Assembly: GCA_965112735.1 (NCBI GenBank)
Contig: OZ218956.1
Location: forward strand, 3,534,001 to 3,598,000
Origin: Phaeosaccion multiseriatum
Taxonomy: Eukaryota; Protista; Ochrophyta, other classes
Direction: 5' to 3'
DNA length: 64,000 bases
This document shows positions 1 to 14,074 of the stretch, in pieces; position 1 is the stretch's first letter, and every line of letters begins with the position of its first letter. The position numbers were made by a program, and so were the translations under genes. The notes beneath the pieces were generated by a model. The model had not been told where the DNA came from, ran no database searches, and worked only from the letters and a program-made list of their open reading frames with translations.

Positions 1-3000
1 AAGCACACGAAGAGCACCGTCACAGCCCCCACCCGTCCCGACGCCGTCCCCACGCCCCCCTCCGCCAGCGCCATGCCCATATGACTGCCCATGCCTCCTC
101 CTCCTCCTCCTCCTCCTCCTCCTCCTGCTGCTGCTGCTGCTGCTGCTACTGCCATTCCTGCTCCTGTCGCTCCTGATGCTGCCGTTACTCCTGCTCCTGC
201 TGCTCCTGCTCCTGCGCTGTGGGTTGGGAGGCGTCGGTGTGCGTGGGTCGAGTAGGCCAGGCCGTGTCCGAAGAGGAGGAAGATGGAGCCGAACTGGGCA
301 ATGGTCTGCGCCTCGCTCACGCGGGTGATGAGGTCGAAGCAGCTGGGCCCCGCGATGATTCCTGTGGAGAGGAGAGCGGATGGCAGTGGATAGGCAGATG
401 GCAGGGGATGGCAGTGGGCAGTTAGAGGACAGAGGAAGGTAGTGGAGAGACAGAGGAGAGAGCGGATGGCAGTGGACAGACAGAGGAGAGAGCGGATGGC
501 AGTGGACAGACAGAGGAGAGAGCGGATGGCAGTGGACAGACAGAGGAGAGGGGATGGTAGTGGACAGATAGAGGAGAGGGGTCCCACCATGGCTCCTGAA
601 ACCCCTCCCTCCCCTCCCTCCCCACCAAACCCATCCCCACCCCACCCCACCTCTCCCCACCCGCACCTGCCAGCAGATAGCCCAGCGAGTAGGGCACCCG
701 CATCATGGCCGCAAACGCACCCCCCACCGCCGTGATCATGCTGAGAGCGACAATGTCTCTGAGCAGCTGCTCGTCGAGGTGCAGCACTGCGGGGTCTGCT
801 TCCACAAGAAGCTCCTCAAGCGAGTCTCGGAGCTCTTCGTCGATGAAGGACGTCATCTGATATGGGGGATGGGGAGGGGAGGGGAGGGGAGGGGAGGGAC
901 ATTGGAAGGAGATGGCAGTAGAAGGGAGAGTTCTGTTCAGATTGCTGCTCGTGTAAGGGGTGGATAAGTGTTAAGGTCGCCCAAACTGAACACTGAAGCG
1001 TTTGAAGGCTGCACCCGAGGGGCAGAGGGGATGGCAGAGCAAAGAGGAAGACTCGAGCATGCCCCTCCTCGGATTCGCACTGACAAATAGATTTCCTCGT
1101 CCCAGGGACTGACTGACCGACTGCCTTCCTTCCTTCCTTCCTTCGTTCCTTGTTCTTCTATTCTCCCCTCCCTCCCTCCCCTCCCCTCCCCTCCCCCCCT
1201 TTCTCCCTCCCTCCATTCCCCCCTCCCCTCCACTCCCCTCCCTCCCCCCTAACCCCTCTCCCCCTGAGCTACTGACTCACTTTGCTGGGCACGCCCTGTA
1301 TGAGCCCTCCCCCCTCCTTGCCCTTCTCCTTGAGCTTGCCCGTTTCGTAGTCCACCTTGATCTTGCCGTCCTCAAGCCGCTCAAGAACAAGCTCCTCGCG
1401 GTCGACCTCCGCTCGCGTCTGTCCGTAGGATGGAATGGGATGTGAGACCGACCCAGCGAGCGCCACCACAGTTTCAGATTCAGTTTTTTAGACCCAGACA
1501 CGCGTGCAAAGGAGGGTGATACAAAAGGGCAGCAACAGGGGCGGGGAAGAGACAAGGGGGGGGTGCGTGGGTGCGTGCGTGCGTGCGTGCGTAAGTGAGT
1601 GCAAGCCCCGGAAGAGCGACACGCCAGCATTCCTCGCCCTCCATCTCCTTGCGAGGTTGCTAGGCCCTTTTCTTTCTCCCTCCCTCCCACTCGCACTCCT
1701 CTCCTTCCCACCCCCTCCCTCCCCTCCCGTACCTTGAGCTCAAGCGTGAGTGCCTGAAAGTCGTTCCTCCTCGTCTCATTGAGCTCCAACCCCATCCGCA
1801 CAAGTCCCCAATGCGCCTCCTTGGCCCCCGCTGCCATATCACGACACCACCCCTCCTCCTCGACTTGGGGCCCCTTCCCCTCCTCCTCATTGCCGCCCCC
1901 CACCCCCACCCCCACCCCCAGCCCTTGGCCGGGCACCCTTGGTCGAGAAGTGAGGAGCTCTAAGAGGGATGTGTCTATTCTCCTCCGCACGGTCTCCAAG
2001 TTGTTCAAATGCCTCTCGAGCTCTCGAAGGGCCAGCACCTCGGATCCGACTTGCTCTTCTCCTGTCCCTTCTTTCCTTGCGCCGCCCCCCCCAGCGGCGG
2101 CGTGAGTCGTCGACGCGCCCTCGCCCGCCCCTGCCCTGCCTCTCTCTCTCTCATCCCCGCTAGGACCTTGAGGGGAGCTTCCCTCCCTCCCCTCCGCACC
2201 CTCTCCCTCCATCCTCTGAACACCTCCGTTAACGCCTCCGTTAAAGCCTCCGTTGTCGGACCTGGACGATTCGTCGTCCCGCAGCCGCATCTTCTCCTCA
2301 AAAACCCGCCCCTCCCCCCCCGGGACCCCCACTGGCCGCACCCCTTGGGACTCTACACCCGCACCGGCGACCCCATCTGCGTACCCTGGTAGCCGCAGCC
2401 CCCCCGCCTCGACTCCTCCTCCTCCTCCTCCTCCTCGTCCTCCTACTTCTCCTCCTCCCTCACCTCCTCCACCCCCTCCCAGCAGCCCTCCCTCCTCGCC
2501 CATCCCATCCACTGCCGCAGGTCGGGACACCACCGACATATCCGGTTTTGCGGGCATGCTAGCTTCTTCTATTGGGCGCAAACCGCCTTCTCCACCGCTC
2601 CCCTTGGGGAGCTGCCCCTCTCCCCCTGGGACTGATCCAAAAGGTGGTGTATCCAGTTCTCCTCCTCCTCCTTCTCCTTCTCCTGATTGTGCTCTCACCC
2701 CAAGCCGCGCATCAGCAGCAGCAGCAGCGACAGCAGCGGCAGTAGCATCCGTAAGGCCATTGGGAGAGTCGCCGCCAGCCTCGTCAAAGGGATTCAGGCC
2801 CCCCTCGCCCTCCTCTCCCTCTAACTCGTGTTCCTCCCCCTTCTCCTCAACCACCTCCTCCTCCTGCGTCCGCTGCTGTTCTTGCTGCAGTTGTAGCCCT
2901 CCCTCGGTAGAGCCATTTGCGCCCGCCCCTGCCGCAGCGGCCGACCCAGCCTCCTTCTCCCTCTGCTTCTTCTCCTTCTCTCTTTGCCTCTCCTGCTCCT

Positions 3001-3223
3001 CGGCTTCCTTCTTTTCCTCGCGAGCATGCACCTTGTCCTGGAAAGCCTTGTCGTCTTCCTTTCCGTGGTCCATGGTCAAGACGATGGTGGCCTGCCCATT
3101 GCATCGCGGCACAGATTGCAGCACCGCCAGGCTCGCAATCGCCGACACTATCAATGCCCAACGCACGCGGTAACCTCGGCCTTGCTTCGGCCATGGAAGC
3201 TTCCGACGCCGAGACACAGCCAT
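1..3223 (-). CDS. K+/H+ antiporter, CPA2 family, KEA4-6/TMCO3-like (multi-exon; 3' part beyond window start)
   Basis: ATG at 3223 is followed by a hydrophobic signal segment (WALIVSAIASLAVL) and a long low-complexity/coiled-coil exon ending at 1733. Downstream exons give ADPAVLHLDEQLLRDIVALSMITAVGGAFAAMMRVPYSLGYLLAG (~856-667), spliced to GIIAGPSCFDLITRVSEAQTIAQFGSIFLLFGHGLAYS (from 361). This matches the first helices of KEA4-6/TMCO3 (PVLQLD.RLI.D..V...GYLLAG.IIGP...V..VAQFGV.FLLF..GLEFS). Confidence 0.85.
437..580. repeat. 30-bp intronic minisatellite containing the GGATGGCAGTGG motif
   Basis: The unit cagaggagagagcggatggcagtggacaga is repeated about 4 times. Confidence 0.85.
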
Positions 3224-3679
3224 GAGGACCACAGTCACTGCTAACCGGGCGAGAGCAGAGCGACTGCGGTCAGCAGGGGTATCGAGAAAGTGAAAGCAAA
3301 TACCCGAAAGAAGAAAATGAGCCTTGCTGCTGTCGCGAGCCCCCTTTTACCGCTGTTGTCGCTCCTGTCGCAGCATACAGACCACAGCTCTCCCACAGAA
3401 GGGCGATATCCTTGAGAAGAGAACTGCTGCAGATGATGGGAAGCCCGAAGCTTAGCTCGCCTGTTACGTAGTCCCTGCACCCTGTGACCCGCGTCTGTTT
3501 CACTTGATCCCGTGTTGGTGCTACTCTTTTTCCGCCCTCGCTAGAGTAGACTCGCTAGAAAACTATGTATGCACACGTTGCAAACGTAACCATGTCCTTC
3601 TGACGACACAGTCGTCGACTTCTTCGACCGTGGCAGGCGAAGAGGTGGCGCAGCAGCGACGGGAGGAGGCAGGGCAAGG
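3224..3679. promoter_or_regulatory. Putative bidirectional promoter between the antiporter and the Sfi1-like gene
   Basis: Divergent starts lie ~450 bp apart. TTACGTA is at 3464-3470 and ACGTAA at 3584-3589. Confidence 0.45.
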
Positions 3680-5520
3680 ATGCTGGCGGCGGCGAGAGAG
3701 GCAAGAGAGAGGCGAGAAACAGGTACAGCAGCAGACATACCTGGTCTGGGCGACAACTGGAGGTCGGCGCTGGTAGTCAACGGGCTCTTCAATGCGCTCA
3801 AGAGTGAGCAGAGCGAGAGAGAGGGTCTGGAGCGAGAGCTCAGGTGAGCGCCGTGTGTGTAGAGAGGGAGAATGACAAAAGGAAAGACAAAGGGGAAAGG
3901 GCTCAGTCCAAGGCAACCTGGCGGCACGAGCCGTGTCTCGCACGTCTTCCTCTCGTATCTGCCGATGCAGCTGAACATGATCGAAACCAAGTTCGACAAA
4001 GGCGTCGGATTATACTCAAACGCTTGGAGCAGTCTTAGAGAGAGACAACAACTTCTTCTGTATTATTATGTATTCCATTCACCCACGCATCCCTCCTTCC
4101 TCCCCTCTCCATGCACCCCGTGGGCTTTTCCTGCTTGCCACTGCCTCACTAGTGAACTGGACGCGGAGCGGGCCTCCTTCATCGCGGAGCTCTCCCTCGA
4201 GGACCAGCAGGGCGGTAAGAAATACAAGGGAATGGCAGACAGAGCTGAGGATCAGCAAGGCCATCTAGAGGAATTAGACCTAGAGAATCAGCAGGGTAGG
4301 GGGGGGAGGGGCGAAGGAAGAATGAAGAATGGGGCAGCAGTTGCAGAGCAGTCTCGAGGAAGGGCGCCCCCCCCTCCAGAAATGTGCCCTCCACTCTCTA
4401 AGAGCAGGAGTCAGCCTACTCGGGAAGGAGCAGGATCACTCACTCACATGTATACCCTGTATACTACGATTGGATGCCCCCTTGCTCCCTTGGGTACCAA
4501 ACCCGTGGGCACACTTGGGGTACCCACCCACCCGCCCACCCTTCCACCTTCCTCTCTGTCCTTTCACAAAAGTCGAACCCTTATCCTCCCTCCCCTCCTC
4601 TTCTCTCCTCTCTTTCCAGCATCATCAGGTCCACAAGCCACCTCTCCCGACACTCGACAGAACCGACCCAGGGGAAGGAGCGTCCCCAACAGCTTCCGCA
4701 GCAACAACAGTCTCTTCGCCACGACACCCGCCCCCGCCTCCAACGATGCCACACCCGTCGCCCGCCCCTGGTCCGCACACACGCACGCACGCACTCTATC
4801 GCCGCGTGGTCTGACTGGCACTGGTGGTGGTGCGGCTGTATCACCAACTGCCGGAGGTGGAGGTCGGGTGTCGTTCAGTCCCTCGCGGCGGGCACGGCGG
4901 CGGGGAGGAGGGGGAGCAGGAGGAGAGTGGGGCTGGGACGACGACGGGGAGGATGAGGACGTGCGGGACTCTGCCCTACTAGAACAGCTCTCTCAGGCGC
5001 AGGTGAGAGGCATGTGGGCAGGCATATGGGCAGGCATATCGGTAGGCATATGGGCAGGCATACGGGCAGGACGGCCAGAGGGCACTTTGCTCGAGAGCTG
5101 CAGAGCCTGAATGGGCCCTCCTCGCCCCCCCAACAACATACGCATTGTACCTTTATACCTGTATCCATGGCAGTCAAACCAGCGCTCCCTGCCTGAGCCT
5201 ATGGTACCTCAACTGACCTCAACTGACCTGAGCGGAACTGAACGGAACGGAACGGAACGGAACTGAACTGAACTGAACTGAATTCCTTGTGACGCGTCTC
5301 TCGTCTCCTCCCCCTTCAGGACGCCTTTCTGTCGGGGGCGACGGTGTTGGCTGGAGCAGGAGGAGCAGCAGCAGCAGCCCCACACACCCCGCTCAGAGCA
5401 GGCGCACACGCACACCCACACGGCGCCTTCCCTGCTTCCTCTACGGCCGCTCGTAGGAGGCGAGGGAGACGTGGCTTCGAGCCTGGCTTCGACACAGGAC
5501 CTTCCCACCACCACCAATAC

Positions 5521-5554
<34 letters not shown>

Positions 5555-8500
5555 CATCCGGCTTCTTCCGCCCGCAGCCTGGGGGGGGGAGTGCTTCTTC
5601 GTTTGGGGGTGTGGGCGGTCTAACACCGCAGCAGAGAGGAGGAGGAGGAGGAGGAGGAAGGCCATCTATTGGGGTAGGATCAGCGTCAGCGTCCGCGTCC
5701 GGGCAGCCGTGGGGGGTTGGGAGTGGATGGGATGGTATTGGACGGGAAGGGGGTGGGCTGCTGTCGTCTCCGGCTCTCCTTGGCCTGGGCCCTGACCCTC
5801 AGCCTCGGCCTAGCACCCGGTACTCTGCTGCCTCCCTCGGGGCTGGCCCCCTCGGGACTGCTGCCCCCCTCGGGGAGGGACCTGTTATGCATGGCGGTGG
5901 TGGTGGTGGTGCTGGTGGTGGTGGGCATCTCTCACCAGCCTGGAGGAAAATCGATGGCATCGATACAAGAAATCGAGATGATACCATCGATGCTGTCGAT
6001 AGCCGTCGTAGTCCGGCGACGGCGGTGGAGGGCAAAGGGCCGAAGGAAAGTGGAGGGGGCGCTGCCACACCGGCTTCTGGGATGGCAGTGGATGGAGGAG
6101 GAGGAGGAGGAGGAGGAGGAGCAGGAGGAGGAAGAGGAGGAAGGGATGCTGCCCCGAGCAGTTACGGTGACGGCTTTGGTGACGGTTACACAAGTGCGAT
6201 GCGAGTGGCTTCCGAGAGGCGCCATACACACACCGCAGTAGGAGGGATGGCAGTCGATGGAGGAGTAGGAGGAGGGGGGGCGGGGAGGACTCTCTCAGCA
6301 GCACTCTCGCCGAGTGGGAAGAGGGAGCGGTCAGCGTCACCGTCGCCGTCGCCCGTCCGCCAGGGCTCAGCGGCAGCAGCAGCAGCAGTTGGTGGTACAG
6401 CCGCAGAGCAGGCAGCGAGGCCGATACTGAGCCTCAGTTCTCCATCTTCGCCCCCCCGGGGAATGTCGTCCCCCCCCCGGGGGATGTCGTCTTTTCGAGC
6501 GGATAACGCGGCATCGCCCCCTCACGCGGCGCTGCGGCTTTCTCCCCGGGAGTTGCTATCCTCCTCCTCTCCCCCTCGGGGGATGACGTCATCTCCTCCC
6601 CCCCGGAGCCCCAAGGAAGCTTTGCACACGCTGCAGAGAGAGGTGCAGAGGCTCCGACAAGAGGCCTTTGACAAGGGGCAGCAGCTCGCGACGCTGGAGC
6701 ACCAACTGCAGGAGGTGGAGGAGGACTGCGAGGACGGAGTGGAGAGGTCCAAGGACTGCCGACTTATGGCAGCGGTATTCAGGTGAGTGGGTGCGTGCGT
6801 GAGACTTTCAGTTCCAGTTTTCTTGTTTTCCTTTAACTGTAAAGACTAAGACAGGGAACTGACACTCCAAACTTTCCACTGCTCTTGCCTGCTTGCCTGC
6901 CTGACTGACTGCCTGGCTGTGCTTGCTTCTCTTCTCTTCCCCTCTCTCCTCTTCTCTTCTCTTCTCTTCTCCTCTCCTCTCTCCTCTCCTTTCCTCTCCT
7001 CTCTTCTCTTTCCTCTCCTCTTTCTGTTGCTCAGCTTGTGGAAGGAGCACTACGCTCGAGAGCATGCTGACAGGGAGAGCGCTCTGGGAGCTATGGAGGG
7101 GCTGCAGTGCCGCAGGACTATTGACCTATGGAGGACGGGTGAGGAGGGAGGAGGGGAGGGTGAGGGGATGAGCGCGGGGAGAGGGAGAAGAGGGAGGGGG
7201 AGACGGAGCGAAGGAATTGGGGAGGGAGGGAGGGAGGGAGGGAGTGGGGGGGCTCGAGGAGAAGTGAAGGCGTCGGTCGCTCGGGCCATCCTTTCAGTCA
7301 CGAAGTGCACACTGACTCCTCCCCATCCACTGCCATCCATCCCTCCTCCCCTCTCGTGACTTATGCATGACAGCCACCAAGGGGCGCCGACGGCGGCGAT
7401 GTATGACCGATAACAGGGTGGCGGACCGGGAGGGGAGGGAGAGGATCAGAAGGGTGTACGAGGCCTTCAAGGTGAGCAGCGAGAGGATCTGTCTTCCCTC
7501 TTGTTATATGATCGCTATCCTCTGTCCTTCTGTGAGCAGCGAGTGGATCTGTCTTCCCTCCTGTTATGTGCTCGCTATCCTCTGTCCTTCTGTGAGCAGC
7601 GAGAGGATCTGTCTTCCCTCTTGTTATGTGCTCGCTATCCTCTGTCCTTCTGTGAGCAGCGAGAGGATCTGTCTTCCCTCTTGTTATGTGATCGCTATCC
7701 TCTGTCCTTCTCCTCTGTGCTCCGTCCTCTGCCTCCCTGGGGCTGGGCAGTCTCATTTCCTCTTGACCGCTGTACCTGTCCCCCCTCCCTCCCCTCCCTC
7801 CCCTCCCTCCCCTCCCTCCCTCCCTCCCTCCCTCCCCTCCCTCCCCTCCCATCCCTCCCTCCCTCCCTCCCTCCCTCCCATCCCTCCCCTCCCTCCCCTC
7901 CCTCCCCTCCCTCCCTAGGCATGGTGTGTGTACTCGAGAGAGATATCCGCCGCGCGTCGCAAGGCTGTGGTGCTCATTCAGCAGCGCTACACTACGCGTC
8001 TGTCCATCGCGTGGGCACTGTGGAGGGGCAGGGTGGAGAGAGACAGGAGGGCCACCCTCGCTCTACGCTGCCTACAAGCAACCTCGCAGAGGTGAGCCAA
8101 GGGATGAGAGGGGGAGAAGGGAGGGCAGTGGTCAAGAGGAAATGAGACTGCCAAGACCCAGAGGGGGAGAGGAGGACTGAGTCGGAGGCAAAGCGGGATG
8201 AAAGTGCATGGATGGGAGGAGGGAGAACAACTGAGACAGTGAGAAAGAAGGAGGACGGATGGTGGTGGATGGGGAATAGACTGAAAACCAAGTAGCCTTG
8301 GGCACAGAAGCATTCGATATATCATATCGATCTCTTGATTGTTATCGTTGGGTGAGGTCTAGAGAATAATACTGACCCAATGCTCCTCCTCTCGCCTCTT
8401 CTCTTCTTCTCTTCTCTGCTCTGCTCTCTTGCCTTCCTTCTACCCTCTTCTCCCTACTGTAACCCAATGCTGCAATGATGCAAATGATGCATTCATGTAC

Positions 8501-10639
8501 CCTACCCCACCCCCCCCACCTCCTCCCATGCTACCCTACCCCAGGCTTTCACTCGGCGCTCTGTCCTGCTCCTTCCGTAAGTGGACCGTTCTCACAGAGG
8601 TGTCTCGGGCCGTGAAGCAGAGGGAGATGCACCTCAGAGCGGCCCTTGTGGCGTTTGGGGCCTCAGCAAGAGGAAGACTCATCAAGTCATCTGTGCTTGC
8701 CAAGTGGAAGCTTTTTGCCAGGGTGAGAAGAATTTGGCAGTGGAGGGGAATGAGGAGAGGAGAGAGGTGGGGAGGGGAGGGAGATGGGGATGGGGAAGGG
8801 AGAGGTCGGGGGAGGGGGGTGTGATTGCTCGCTTCTACCTGTCTACTCTCTCACTCTCTTTCTATCTGTGATAGTCGGATGGATCTCCCCACGTCCTCCA
8901 CGCAATGAAACTCACGAACAACACCATATTCACTGAATGCTCGGCTTGTGGCTGAAGCTCCCCTCAAGTGCTCTCCCCACACTCGCTGTCAGTGTGCTCG
9001 TGTGTGTCCGTCGTCCGCCGTCCGTCCCGTGTATCACCATCTGCTCCGCCTTCTGTGCGCCATCATGTGTACCACCAACTGCTGCACTCCACTCCCTCAC
9101 TCTCCTCTCTGTCTCTCTTCTCTCTACTATCTCTCCTCTATACCTCTTGATACTCTACTGCTATGGATGTTGGTACTACGGCCCAATAGGACCGTCGCCA
9201 GTACCTCGCCCTCCTCCACAAGCTCTTCGGGGAGCCGAGTAAGTCAACAATGCTGCGCACCGCCCTGACCCAGTGGAAGGCCGCCAGCGAGGCGTGGGGC
9301 TCCGAGTCGGCACTCAGAACAAGGCAATTGGAGAGGGTGTTGGCGAAGGACACGGAGAGGGGGAGGGCCAATCAGAAGATGGCCCTACGGAAGTGGAGGG
9401 GAGACGCGGCAAGAGTACACAGGGCGGTGGAGGTGCTGCAGCAGGTTGGTTGGGTGGGTTGGGTGGGTTGGGTTGGTTGGGTTGGTTGGGTTGGTTGGTG
9501 GTTGGTGGGGAGGTGGTTGTGTGGTTGTGTGTGTATGTGCGAGCATGTATGTGTGGGCGTGTGTTTGTTGTTCGTGTCTTGGAACCTCTATTCACGCTCC
9601 TCCAACCCCCCCATCTCCCCTCCCCTCCCCTCCCCAGGCATCGACCGTGCGCCCCTTAGCAGTGCTTCGAGCGTGGCGCCTCTCTGCCTCTCGTCAGCGC
9701 CTCTCCTACGCGGCGTTAGGTAGAGCTGTCCGGAGAGCAGCGTTGAGGAGCCTTCGCGGCGGCTTTAGTACATGGAGAGAAAATGGACAGAGGGAGGCAT
9801 GGCACAAGGCTGCGCTGAGCAGAGCCCTGAGAGGGAGGAGGAGGAAGATGATGGGCCGGGTGTTGCAGGTGAGCGGGAGGGGAGGGGAGGGGTCGTGAGC
9901 GTTTCAGTGCATCAGCCGAAGTAACGAACGAACTAACGACATCACTCATGTGTGTGCATGTGTGTGTGTGCGTGTGCGTGTGTGGGGTGTGGCGCACCAT
10001 CCGTTGCCATCCCCTCCCTCCCTTCCTCTCCACACCAGGCCCTACGCGAGGGGAGCTCTCACAGACGCGCGGCGAAGCACCAACTGGCAAGGGTAGGCCG
10101 TCTCTGCCTCGTGCGCCTGAAGCGGCTGGCCTGGCTGCGCTGGAGTCTCAAGCTTGGGCAGTGGAGGGAGTGGCAGCAGAAGGGACGCAGAGCAGTGGTG
10201 CTGCTAGGACGGGGCAAGGAGGGGCAGGCCTTTTGGCAGTGGAAGAAGCAGGTCAGGAAGGATGGCGCGGGAGGAGAGGAGGAGAGCAAGAAAGGAACAA
10301 CAAGAACAACAACAAGGAAGAAAGGAAACGGGGGAGCAAGGAGGGGATGGAAGGAAGAGAGGAAGGAAGGAAGGAAGGAAGGAAGGAAGGAAGGAGAGGG
10401 AGGAAGAAAGGAAAAAAGCAAAGAAGGAAAGAAGGCAGGCAGCAAGTCGCCTCCCCCCCCTGGGGAGAGGGAGGGAGTGCGTTCGCGCGTGCGTGGCCTG
10501 GTAGGGGGGGGTATGGCAGTACGGCCCGCTTCCTGAGGATCCAAGTGTAGGCTCGTCAGCTGCACCCCCCTCTCCAACCCCTCTCCCCTCCCCTTCCCTC
10601 CTCTCCTGGACACACACACCACACACACACACACATATA

Positions 10640-10670
<31 letters not shown>

Positions 10671-12059
10671 TGCATGCATACAGGTGTCTCTGGCAGTGAT
10701 GGAGGACCTGCACGGCCGAGTGGCAGACACTTCCCTTGCCCTGGCAGGGGTGATGGGGCGAGCACATAGGCAAAGGGCACTCGACAAGGCCCTCACGGGG
10801 TGGAGACTCTATCTGCGCAGCAGGAGGAGGCAGAAAGTGCTAGGTGTGTGAGAGATGGCAGTGGATGGAGTTGGACATGTGGGAGAGATGGAAGAAGGGC
10901 GGGAGGGGGAGGGAGGGAGGGAGGGAGGGAGGGAGGGAGGGGGAGGGGAGCGGAAATTGCTTGGTGGGTAAGGGATGGCAGTGGATGGGATAAGAGAGAG
11001 CTAAAATGGGGTATGAATTCAAGGAGCACACTCCTTGTCCCTTCCCTTGCGTCTCTGATCCCCGTCCTCCCCTCCCTGGCCCTTCCCTCCCCCTCTCTGC
11101 CCCCCCCCCCCCCCCATAGCCTGCCGCTTCCTGCACTCCTCGTCCTCTCGTCTCCTCAGCTCCGTGTGGCGCCTCTGGGTACAAGGCCACCGCCGGAGGA
11201 AACAGCGCCTCCTGGCAGCCCTTCGCCTCTGGACGAGATGGAAGAGGACTCGACTGCAACTGGCTGTGAACAAGTGGACCCGAAACTTGAAGAAGCAGCA
11301 GCTGAGCACACTCACCATCCAACTCAGAGACACACGTCGACAGCTGGGGGACATCACACGGGAGGGGGAGACGCTGGCGGGCCGGGTGGTTCGACTTAGT
11401 AAGGCCAAGCACCACCTATCGGGTGCACTGCTCTCTTCGCTGAGTGCGAGTCGAGGGCAACATGCCGCCACGGTGTGCTTCGTGAGGTGGAGGGGGTGGG
11501 CACAGCGCACTTGTCAGCGGCGAAGGCGACTGCTGGTGAGGGTTGAGGGAGGGAGGGAAGGGGGTTTTGATCGTCCTTCCCCGCCTCTGCTTCTCTCCTC
11601 TTCTCTCTTCTCCTCCACCTTCCCACACCACACAACACACCACGCCACCCACTCACTCTCTCCCTGTCGCCCCCCCCCCCCTTCCTTCCCCCTCCCCTCC
11701 CCTCCCCCCGCACCCCCTCCACCACAACCACAGACGCTCTGTTGTCGCCACACCTCTCGACAGCTCAGTACCGCCCTCTCCGCTTGGAAGAGACACACCA
11801 CCTTCCTCAGAGGCCTCATGGGCCTATCCACACGCTCGGCTCGGTCGGGGAGTAAGACCCTCTTGGTCGCGCACTGGAGGGCGTGGAGGGGAGTCACGCT
11901 ACAAAGGGCGAGACATCGCTTGGACCTGGGCTGGAGGGAGAAGCGATTGGGGGCGTGTGTGTGCATGCTGCAGAGAGCGGGTCTGAGGGTGGTGTGGAGG
12001 AAGTGGCAGGCAGCGGCAAGGTGAGGGCTTTGCTTTGGGCGGGGGGGGGGGGGGGGGGG

Positions 12060-12099
<40 letters not shown>

Positions 12100-12179
12100 G
12101 CTTTCTTTCTTTTTCCTCCTTCCGTCCCGCCCCCCTAACCTCCTTTGGTTCCTTCCGCCCGTCCTTCCGTCCTTCCTCA

Positions 12180-12252
<73 letters not shown>

Positions 12253-13519
12253 GGGCTGAGTCGGCACGAGCGGCTCAACTGCGACGTGTGGTGGTACAAT
12301 GGCAGCACCAGCAACTGGCTCTGGGCTGGGCCTGCCTCCGCCAAAGAGTAAGCCTCTACTCCCACCTCTCACACCTGACCCACCTCCTCGCCTCCAAGCT
12401 ACGCCGTCGTCAGCTGGAGAGGGGCTGGAGAACCATCTTGTGCAGTGCCGTCAAGAGCCTTCGTCAGGAGGAGGGGGCCCAGGTGAAGTCCACGCTGCTC
12501 CACGTGGGGGCAAGCAAGAGGGACTCCGCGCATTGGATGGTGGCGAAGCTGAGGGACGAGGCAAGGAGGCGTCGCGTTGCCCTGGTGTGGACGGCGTGGA
12601 GGAGATATGTGCGCTCCTTACGTAAGGCACGTAAGATGGCCAGGTCCATGCGTGTGAAGCAGAGGGTACACTTCTGCGCCAAGGTAGGTGTGGGGTGTGG
12701 GCACTAAGTCAATGGGTGGGTGGGTGGGTGGGTGGGTGCGATGGGTGGTGGGTATGGATGGTGTTGGGTATTTATGTGGGTGTGTGTGGGTGTGGGTGTG
12801 TGTGTGGGTGGGTGTGTATGTGGGTGTGTGTGTGGGTGTGTGTGTGTGGGTGTGTGTGGGTGTGTTGTGGTGTGGGTGTGTATGTGGGTGGGCGTGTGTG
12901 TGTGTGTGTTTGGGTGTGTGTGTGTACTGTGTGGGGGGATGGGGCACTTGCACTCCCTCTTACTCCTCCTCCTCGCTCTTTTGTCTTGTCCATCTCTCAC
13001 ACCCCGCTTTCATACTCTATTCCTCTCCCCTCCCCTCCCCTCCCCCACCCACCCCCCACCCCCACATATAAGATTCTGTGGGCGTGGCACCACTCCGCCT
13101 CCCGATCAAAGGGCCTCCGCAGCTTGAGTAAGGCCCTCCTTCGTGCATCCGCCGCCGCACAGCTCGCCAGGGGATGGAACAGGTGCACTTGCTTCTCATC
13201 AGTTTCAGTCTCAGTTTCAGTTTCAGCTTAGTAAGGCCGTACCCTATAGTGCCATCCTTCTACCTCCTACTATGTAACGGACATATCACTCTCTCTCTCT
13301 CTTTCTCTCTCTCTCGGTCTATCCGTCCTTCTCCACCCGCTCCTCTCTCTCTCTCTGTTTCTGTCGCTCTCTGCTCCCTCCTCTACCCTCTCTTCTCGCT
13401 CTCTTTCTCTCTCTCTTCCTCCTCCTTTCTCCCTCCTCTCCTCTGGCTCCCTCTCTCACTCTCTCTCTCTCTTTCTCTCTCTCTCTGTTTCTGTCGCTCT
13501 CTCCTCCCTCCTCCACCTG

Positions 13520-13558
<39 letters not shown>

Positions 13559-13825
13559 CTCTCTCTCTCTCTCTGTCGCTCTGTCCTCCCTCTTCCAAAC
13601 CTCCCATTCATTGTCATGCTATCCCCCTTCTCATTCATTGCCATACTAACCACCCTCTGATCTCACAGATGGAGGGCCCATGTATCACGTCAGCGCCGCA
13701 TGCAGCTCGGTCTTTTTGCGCTGGCCAAGCTCGGCAGAGGGCGTGCGGGCAGCGCCTTGGGGGGGAGGGGCGAGGGGAGGGTGGACTCCAAGGTGCGTCA
13801 GTCGAAGTTAGTCGGTGTGTCTGTG

Positions 13826-13872
<47 letters not shown>

Positions 13873-13885
13873 GTGTGTGTCTGTG

Positions 13886-13946
<61 letters not shown>

Positions 13947-13967
13947 GCCTCTGTGTGTCTGTCTGCC

Positions 13968-14016
<49 letters not shown>

Positions 14017-14031
14017 GTCTGTCTGTCTGCC

Positions 14032-14074
<43 letters not shown>

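Noticed and set aside
7472-7711. CRISPR-like array
   Set aside because: The units are contiguous with no unique spacers, it lies in a eukaryotic intron, and there are no cas genes.
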